Assembly: GCF_000011325.1 (NCBI RefSeq) | Contig: NC_003450.3 | Span: 2,340,001-2,372,000, forward strand | DNA: 32,000 nt | Direction of reading: 5' to 3' | From: Corynebacterium glutamicum ATCC 13032 | GTDB lineage: Bacteria > Actinomycetota > Actinomycetes > Mycobacteriales > Mycobacteriaceae | Part shown: one piece after another, positions 25,588-32,000 of the stretch | How positions within the stretch are numbered: the first letter of the stretch is position 1 | Layout: every line of letters begins with the position of its first letter | Notes under the pieces: generated by a model | Databases searched by the model: none | Seen by the model: only the letters and a program-made list of their open reading frames with translations | Told to the model about the DNA's origin: nothing | Program-made: the position numbers and the translations under genes

Positions 25588-27417
25588 ATGGATACAACAA
25601 TGGGCCAGCATCTAGAAGTGGAAACTAAGTTTTCCGTCAGTGAATCAACTCAGATTCCACAACTTGAGGCTATCGCAGAAGTCGACCACATTGATCGCAC
25701 CGAAATCCACCAACTAAGCGCTGTTTACTTTGACACCGTAGATTTGCGCCTCACCCGCGCAAAAATTACCCTCCGTCGCCGCACCGGTGGAAACGATGCC
25801 GGCTGGCACATTAAGTTCCCCGGAACCATCGGTCGCCGTGAAGTCCAAGCCCCACTTGATGGCGAAGGCGCAACAGAAACCCTCCCTCCACGTGAGCTCT
25901 TGGGACACATCCGAGCGCTGATCCAAGGCCGTGAGCTGACCCCTATCGCCCAGGTGGATAATGAACGCCACATGTCTTACCTCGCGGATGAGGACGGCGC
26001 AGTCATCGCAGAATTCTGCGACGATCATGTATCCACCGTGTCCCACCTTCCAGGTGGCGTGCGCAAGCAGTGGCGTGAGTGGGAATTCGAACTCGCTGAT
26101 GGCACCCTCGCCGAAGAAGCCATCTCAGTACTGCTGCAATCTGCACAGTCAGTCCTGACCGCAGCTGGAGCTTTTGTCTCCAACAGCCCATCCAAACTTG
26201 TTTCGGCGCTGGACGAATCAGTCAACCACGCGCCAAAGCCTCCACAGATGGCGCAGCTGGACAAGAATGACCCAGCACGTGGTGTTCTTGCAGCAATCGC
26301 AGCCAACGCCTCAAAGATCGCCGAATACGATCCTCGAGTACGCGCCGATGAATATGATTCAGTCCACCAGATGCGCGTAGCTACCCGAGAACTACGCAGC
26401 CACCTCCAAACCTTTGAGGGCATCCTCGGCGGCGAAGACTACCTCAACCTGGAAAAGGAACTGAAGGTTCTCGCCAACATCTTGGGTCGCGCACGCGATG
26501 CTGAAGTTGTGGAAGAGCGCCTCAGCAACCTGATTAACACTGAGGTTGGCGACTCCATCGAGGAGGAGACTAAGAAGGAACTGCTTGAAGATCTTGGTGC
26601 AGAATACCGTCGTGAGCATGAGCGAGTAGTTCGTGCGCTGGATAATGATCGCTACACTGATCTTCTTCAGGCACTGGAAAACCTCCTTGTTGATCCACCG
26701 CTGATCACAGAAGTCGAAGAACCCGAAGCTACCGAAGCCCCTGAGTCCGCTGAGACTACCGAGTCCACTGACGTCTCTGAAGCAACCGAAGAAGCAGACG
26801 CAGAAGCTGAGTCTGTCGAAGAAGCTACTGAGCAGGAAGAATCAGCAGACGCGCCTGAATCTGCAGATCTGGACGCTCTCGATGAGGAGTACTCCCCTGG
26901 TTCCCAAGCGCCGGTGGAGGAGCCGAAGGAACCGAAGAAGGTTGATGCTGCTCTCGTACTTCTAGAGCACCTTGATAAGGCGCACGTGAAGCTCGTCAAG
27001 CTGGAAAAGAAGGCTCGCTCACAGTGGGATGATCTCAGCATTCCGATGCTGGAGCGGGAAGAAAACTTCCACAACCTGCGCAAGGCTGCCAAGAAGCTTC
27101 GCTACAGTGCAGAGGCAGTGGGCAAAGCAACCACCGTTGAGACGAAGAAACTGTACAAGGCGTGCAGTGGTTTGCAGTCAGTTCTTGGCGATTACCAAGA
27201 TGCCATTACTTCCCGTAATGAGCTGTTGCGCCGAGCTCAGGTTGCCCGCCGCCAAGGCCGGGATACCTTCGCATACGGAATCCTCTACCAGCACGAACAA
27301 ACCCTGTCGAGGGAATACCTGACTGGTTATTCCGATGCGTTCAAGAGCGTAGAAAAAGCCTATGCAAAGCTGGCTGAAGATACCGCCAAGCGTTCAAAGA
27401 AGAACAAGCGTAAGTAA
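25588..27417 (+). CDS. CYTH-CHAD two-domain protein
   Basis: The N-terminus carries the ExExK motif of triphosphate-tunnel (CYTH) enzymes (LEVETKFSV). The C-terminal half is helical CHAD with an acidic insertion, and the protein ends in a basic tail (KRSKKNKRK). Spacing to AGGA suggests the start may be ATG 25600 rather than 25588. Confidence 0.82.
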   Translation: MDTTMGQHLEVETKFSVSESTQIPQLEAIAEVDHIDRTEIHQLSAVYFDTVDLRLTRAKITLRRRTGGNDAGWHIKFPGTIGRREVQAPLDGEGATETLPPRELLGHIRALIQGRELTPIAQVDNERHMSYLADEDGAVIAEFCDDHVSTVSHLPGGVRKQWREWEFELADGTLAEEAISVLLQSAQSVLTAAGAFVSNSPSKLVSALDESVNHAPKPPQMAQLDKNDPARGVLAAIAANASKIAEYDPRVRADEYDSVHQMRVATRELRSHLQTFEGILGGEDYLNLEKELKVLANILGRARDAEVVEERLSNLINTEVGDSIEEETKKELLEDLGAEYRREHERVVRALDNDRYTDLLQALENLLVDPPLITEVEEPEATEAPESAETTESTDVSEATEEADAEAESVEEATEQEESADAPESADLDALDEEYSPGSQAPVEEPKEPKKVDAALVLLEHLDKAHVKLVKLEKKARSQWDDLSIPMLEREENFHNLRKAAKKLRYSAEAVGKATTVETKKLYKACSGLQSVLGDYQDAITSRNELLRRAQVARRQGRDTFAYGILYQHEQTLSREYLTGYSDAFKSVEKAYAKLAEDTAKRSKKNKRK

Positions 27418-27427
27418 ACGCAGGCAA

Positions 27428-27472
27428 TAAAAAACTGGGGTCGCATCTGAAAGTGTGACCCCAGTTTTTTTT
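27428..27472. terminator. Bidirectional rho-independent terminator
   Basis: AAAAAACTGGGGTC pairs with GACCCCAGTTTTTTTT. It serves the CYTH-CHAD gene (+) and the convergent small ORF (-). Confidence 0.88.
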
Positions 27473-27653
27473 AGTCTTCCTTGTCGTCCCAAATTTCGGC
27501 TGCCTTGGTTCGGGCTGCCGCAATGGAGATGGCGTGATGGGCTTCCTCTTCAGTGTCATATGGGCCCATGCGGGTTTCAAAGCCGGAAACCTTGCCTTGA
27601 AAAACCTTGCCGGTTGCCAGATCGTAGAACCACTTCAAATCTTCTTTAGCCAT
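27471..27653 (-). CDS. Small conserved-looking hypothetical protein (60 aa)
   Basis: The ATG is preceded by GGAG at about 11 nt. The sequence (MAKEDLKWFYDLATGKVFQGKVSGFETRMGPYDTEEEA...) is soluble and not low-complexity. The stop lies in the terminator T-run. Confidence 0.6.
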   Translation of the reverse strand: MAKEDLKWFYDLATGKVFQGKVSGFETRMGPYDTEEEAHHAISIAAARTKAAEIWDDKED

Positions 27654-27791
27654 GTGGGCTCAGCTCCAATCACGAAACAAATCACGGTTTGTAGTGTGTA
27701 GCACCCCACTATAGACCTCAATAAGAACCCGCAACGGCTAGAGTGGGTCTGTTATTTATTTGTGATTTCTATCTGTGGAGGCTTCTCTCAC

Positions 27792-29087
27792 ATGGCCATT
27801 TGGCAGCCAACTCTCACCGGCCCGCACGGCGCACAAGTTGGATCGTCTCCCACTGAACTTCTTGAAGCCTGCGTGGCTTTCCACCGCACTTTCTTTGACG
27901 TCAATCCCAAAGGCGCTGCTACCGCACCGGCAACATGGACGCTTATTGGTGAGCATTCGGATTACGCCGGTGGTGTGGTGCTGGCGGCTAATGCGAATTG
28001 GCGGACTGCGGTTGCCGTCAATAAGAACCGCGACGATGTTGTTAACGTATGCGTTGTGGATGTGGAGGGAGGCGTCGAAAAGCATTCTTTAAGCACTGCG
28101 GACATTGCAGCTCGCGCACACGCCCATATGAAATCCCATGATGTTTTGGGGCGGCAGACTACGCCGCCTCAGCCGGAGGGCGGCGTTGCTGCCCGGTTGG
28201 GCGGGATTGCGTGGACAATGATCCATAAGCAAATGCTTTCGCGTGACACAAAAGGCCTGGATATCACCGTGTTGAGCACCATTCCTGAGGGGGTGGGGCT
28301 GGGTGAAAATTCCGCCATGGATGTGGCGCTCGCATTGGCGCTGTATCGGGAAAATATTGAGGAAGCCCCCACGAAGGCGCGCATTGCGGAGATTTGTTCG
28401 CAGTCCGCATTCATGTTCAGTGAGACTTCAGTGTTGCGTGCGCGGCACACCGTGGCGTTGCGGGGTGAAACTGGACAGATTTCGGTGGTTGATTACGCCG
28501 ATGGTTCGGTCACTCAGGCGCCACATCCGGTGAGTCGTTCCGCTGGTTTGTCGGCATTTGTTGTTGCTGCGCAAACTGAAACTGATCCGAGCATTTACCG
28601 CGAGATCTATGCTCGACATGCGTTTATCGATGAAGCTGCGCGCGCTTTCAGTGTGGAATCTTTGCGGTTGCTTCCCGACGCTTCCACTCGTGTTGTGGAT
28701 TGGTTGCAGGCCGTGATTGAGGTGACTGGTCGAGAGGATCTGCCCTCGATTGAACAAGCCCAGCGCTGGTTGAATCTGTGGGAAAACGAAACCCGGCGCG
28801 CTCAGAGGACAGCCAATGCCCTGCGTTCGAGAAGGCTGAGTGAGTTTTCTGAGCTGCTGATGGAATCCCAAGATGATTTGAGCGACACCTTCGATTTCCC
28901 CCCTGCTGATTTGGCGCTTGCTCGTTTGTGCGTCGAGCGGGGTGCCACAGCTGCTCGGTCCACGTCAGCGCGCGGTGTGATTGCGTTGGTTGATGCCCAT
29001 CATGCGCACAATTTTGCTGCGGATCTCAGCGAGGATGGCTTGTTGGTGGTTCCTCTCGGGCACGGGGACGTCGCGGAACAGGGCTAG
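27792..29087 (+). CDS. Galactokinase-like GHMP-family protein with degenerate catalytic motifs
   Basis: The ATG at 27792 lies about 12 nt after GGAGG. The GalK signature LIGEHSDYAGGVVL is present. GHMP motif II is degenerate (PEGVGLGENSAMDVA). The GIMDQ and GGGFGG regions are not recognisable. Confidence 0.75.
   Translation: MAIWQPTLTGPHGAQVGSSPTELLEACVAFHRTFFDVNPKGAATAPATWTLIGEHSDYAGGVVLAANANWRTAVAVNKNRDDVVNVCVVDVEGGVEKHSLSTADIAARAHAHMKSHDVLGRQTTPPQPEGGVAARLGGIAWTMIHKQMLSRDTKGLDITVLSTIPEGVGLGENSAMDVALALALYRENIEEAPTKARIAEICSQSAFMFSETSVLRARHTVALRGETGQISVVDYADGSVTQAPHPVSRSAGLSAFVVAAQTETDPSIYREIYARHAFIDEAARAFSVESLRLLPDASTRVVDWLQAVIEVTGREDLPSIEQAQRWLNLWENETRRAQRTANALRSRRLSEFSELLMESQDDLSDTFDFPPADLALARLCVERGATAARSTSARGVIALVDAHHAHNFAADLSEDGLLVVPLGHGDVAEQG
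28072..28084 (+). repeat. Copy of the RCGTCGAAAAGCR motif (GCGTCGAAAAGCA), intragenic
   Basis: Exact 11-mer at 28073-28083 inside the GalK-like CDS, where it encodes ..GVEKH.. Confidence 0.9.
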
Positions 29088-29113
29088 CACGCCTACTTAA
29101 CCAGCCTGCATGC

Positions 29114-30631
29114 TTAGTCAGCCGGCCACGCAAACAAAACTTCACGCTTCTTCAAGTTCGCAGTCACCAGTGTGACATCTTGGTTTGTTCCCTGTTCTGG
29201 GGCGCCAATACACTTTGCCAACACTGGCGGTTTGTACACAAAAAGTCGAGCAGAGTTCTTTTCAGGTTCGCTCGCTACAACCACCGCGTTGAAGTTTTGG
29301 CCCTCCCAGTATTTCAACACGGTGGCTTCTGTGAGGTCGAGGCAGGCATTATCCACTTGGCTGGCCAAAATGGAGGAGTATTTCATGGTGTCGAGAACTT
29401 GCTCTTCCACCCTGGTCACCCATTCAGGAACGTCCGTTCCGGAGGCAATCGCAAGGCAATGTTCGGTGGCGAAACGGTCGATAAGTCGGCGCAGCGGTGC
29501 GGTGACGTGAGCATAGTAACCACCAACACCGGAATGCACTTCCGAGTCCCCATTTTTCACGCTGGCGTAGCCGGAGCCCCGCAAGAGTTTCTGTGCTTCC
29601 CTCTGAATGGCCATCCCTTTGGGCGTATTGGGATCCACACTTTGAAGAAACTCACCGATGGGTTGTTCGGGCGCGATCTCAAAACCAAGGGCTTGCGCCT
29701 CTGATCTGAAAGTAGCTTCGGATTCTTTGGTCGCCGGGGCGAGTGTACGCAGCAAACCGTGCCCCGCTTTCACCATCATCTCCCCCGCTACCATGCCTGT
29801 GAGCAGGGAAATCTCGGAATTGTAATCCATGATGTGCGGGCGTGGCTCGATGACAATTTCATAGTGTTCACCGGCGTCATCATTGGGCACTTTCACCACT
29901 CGCTGGCTGGGAATAGAAAGATTCACGGCTTCGCGCCGTAGCGCGCTTTCCTGCCTCAGCTGCCCGACCTTGGGCAATAAGCTTATCGACGGATGCAACC
30001 GACCATTCTCGGCATCTATTTGAGCCTGATCATAATCCAAACGCGCCCGGGATTTCACCAACCCGCGACGCACCTTGGTGGCTGTGACTTCGCCACGTTC
30101 ATCTAGATCAATCGACCACACAACCGCTGGTCTCGTTTGTCCCTCCAGCAGGCTTGCCGCATCTTCGGATAATTCCTCAGGGTGCAGTCGCGCTGGGGAA
30201 TCCGGCAGATAAATAGTCTGCCCGCGGTGAAGGGAAATCTTTTCCAATTCACTGCCCGGCTCCACGAAGGCTGCGACATCTGCAATCGCGTAATGCACCC
30301 GAAATCCGCTGTCGATCTCCTCAATCAGCACAGCTTGATCGAGGTCTCTGGAACCTACGGGATCGATGGTGACAAAGGGCATGTGCAGGAGATCTTCCCG
30401 CTCTTGCGCATACCTATCGACACTTGACGCGGCTTCGTCGTGGATATGAGGGTCAAAACCTCGCTCCACACCGAACTCTTGTGCCACTGGTTCAAAGTCG
30501 AGGACTGCTGCATAGAGCTTCATGCGCTCCCATTGTTCCACAGCGGAAAAGTATATGCAGGGGTGTTGAGTTTCCTTGGGCACAGAAGGGTCGAGGTTCC
30601 CCAGATAGGTCTTGGTATGGGTCGAGCTCAT
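29114..30631 (-). CDS. RNB-domain (RNase II/R family) exoribonuclease
   Basis: 505 aa. RNB motif I reads TIDPVGSRDLDQAV. Further RNB blocks are present (HYAIADVAAFV, IYLPD, HSGVGGYYAHVTAPLRRLIDR). Confidence 0.85.
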   Translation of the reverse strand: MSSTHTKTYLGNLDPSVPKETQHPCIYFSAVEQWERMKLYAAVLDFEPVAQEFGVERGFDPHIHDEAASSVDRYAQEREDLLHMPFVTIDPVGSRDLDQAVLIEEIDSGFRVHYAIADVAAFVEPGSELEKISLHRGQTIYLPDSPARLHPEELSEDAASLLEGQTRPAVVWSIDLDERGEVTATKVRRGLVKSRARLDYDQAQIDAENGRLHPSISLLPKVGQLRQESALRREAVNLSIPSQRVVKVPNDDAGEHYEIVIEPRPHIMDYNSEISLLTGMVAGEMMVKAGHGLLRTLAPATKESEATFRSEAQALGFEIAPEQPIGEFLQSVDPNTPKGMAIQREAQKLLRGSGYASVKNGDSEVHSGVGGYYAHVTAPLRRLIDRFATEHCLAIASGTDVPEWVTRVEEQVLDTMKYSSILASQVDNACLDLTEATVLKYWEGQNFNAVVVASEPEKNSARLFVYKPPVLAKCIGAPEQGTNQDVTLVTANLKKREVLFAWPAD

Positions 30632-30915
30632 TTAGCCCGTTAAAAGCGATTCTGAGAGGGTTCCATTTTGGGACTGGTGGGGCAAATGTGATTTCTGCAG
30701 GTTTACTGATCAAGGACTCACCACATTCCCGTGGTCAGACCTTCAAATCGAACATATTTTTGCAGTCAAATGACCCAAACTTGCAAAAATCCACGACAAT
30801 CGGCCAAGTCAAGGCGATTTGTGGTGTATATTCGCACATTCATTCCACTCCCGGCAAGCCCAAGGATGAGCATTCCATCCCCCAGCAACCAGAGCGCCAA
30901 AAACACAAATAAAAA

Positions 30916-31333
<418 letters not shown>

Positions 31334-31359
31334 CGTTTTACTTTACACCTCGAGGGTGG

Positions 31360-31395
31360 AAAAACTTAAAAACTCCGGCGAGCTTCGCCGAGCTT
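31360..31395 (-). terminator. Terminator-like hairpin after the phosphatase gene, upstream of rnpB
   Basis: The minus strand reads CUCGGCGAAGCUCGCCGGAG followed by UUUUUAAGUUUUU. The stem is short. Confidence 0.45.
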
Positions 31396-31409
31396 CCGTC
31401 AGACTGTCG

Positions 31410-32000
31410 TCACGCTTCCAGGTGTGAGGTGTCGTTGAACAGTCTTACGCAGGTTGGGCCGTCTTCGTAAAACTCTGCGATCGACAGCGACGCCAAGTCA
31501 AGGTGTGCCTTCTGAAAGAAGGATGGGCCTGCGTCCAATGCTTGCCTCATGATGGCTTTGATTGGGGTGACGTGGCTGACCACCAAAACATTCGCTGCAC
31601 CGTATTCGCGTTGGAGGCTTTCACGAGCCTTTTTCACACGTCGATTAACCGTCTGCAGGGACTCACCACCGGGTGGGGCTACAGATGAGTCAGTGAGCCA
31701 CTTGGTGTGCAGTTCTGGATCTTGTTCGTGGGCTTCTGAAAATGATTTTCCATCCCACAGTCCAAAGTCAGTTTCGATGAGATCATCGATAACACGTACT
31801 TTCATTCCCAGTGCGGCCGCTGCTGCTTCTGCGGTTTGCATCGTGCGGGTGAGCGGAGAACTCACAATAGCGTCGATGCCACCGGTTTGAGCGAGTCGTC
31901 GTGCTGCCGCTGCTGCTTGTTTTTCACCAAGTTCAGACAGCTCTGGGTTGGACCTACCGGAGTAAAGGCGTGCCACTGACATAGCAGTTTGGCCGTGGCG
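31410..32000 (-). CDS. Histidine phosphatase (PGM/CobC-type) domain protein, 5' end outside window
   Basis: The frame stays open to the window edge. The last codons read RHGQTAMSVARLYSG, which is the RHG catalytic motif. SSPLTRTMQTAE and a VVSHVTPIK block lie downstream. It may be the C-terminal domain of a larger protein. Confidence 0.8.
   Translation of the reverse strand, partial: RHGQTAMSVARLYSGRSNPELSELGEKQAAAAARRLAQTGGIDAIVSSPLTRTMQTAEAAAAALGMKVRVIDDLIETDFGLWDGKSFSEAHEQDPELHTKWLTDSSVAPPGGESLQTVNRRVKKARESLQREYGAANVLVVSHVTPIKAIMRQALDAGPSFFQKAHLDLASLSIAEFYEDGPTCVRLFNDTSHLEA

Noticed and set aside
27654-27791. Direct AATCACG repeats (11-nt spacing) and a TAGAC...GTCTG pair as regulator sites
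   Set aside because: The repeats are short. The inverted pair is spaced about 30 nt apart, far from the McbR-type TAGAC-N6-GTCTA geometry. The evidence is insufficient.

Overview
This window reads as conserved actinobacterial core chromosome. Gene order, protein lengths and the IS closely resemble Corynebacterium glutamicum. That identification is from memory of the locus, not from a search. All coordinates for non-ORF features were hand-counted and may be off by a few nt.

Gene content, left to right:
- E2 acyltransferase (5'-truncated), then lipB and lipA.
- A DUF4191 membrane protein and an AAE-family transporter (sucE-like).
- An IS30-family insertion sequence.
- An RDD membrane protein, divergent from glnA.
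- A roughly 9-kb block: small ORF, cupin, Nudix, luciferase-like oxidoreductase, RidA, thrC, a tandem MFS pair (the second copy frameshifted), an acidic disordered protein and hmuO.
- glnE and glnA2.
- A DUF2786 protein, a CYTH-CHAD protein, a small conserved ORF and a GalK-like protein.
- An RNB exoribonuclease, RNase P RNA (rnpB, missed by the ORF track) and a 5'-truncated histidine phosphatase.

I see no CRISPR array, prophage, toxin-antitoxin pair, defence island, secretion system or biosynthetic cluster.

The most unusual signal is not a gene. The 11-mer CGTCGAAAAGC occurs six times exactly, about 0.015 expected. Once it forms a 20-bp palindrome, once an 11-bp-stem hairpin, and once it appears as a clean 10-nt insertion into one of two otherwise paralogous terminator cassettes.

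Secondary observations:
- The IS coding region runs from one terminal inverted repeat into the other, and the element sits in a weakly palindromic target.
- A copy of the IS flank sequence lies 24 kb away.
- A 22-bp-stem inverted repeat lies downstream of the RidA gene.
- The GalK homolog lacks catalytic signatures.
- One MFS paralog is decaying.
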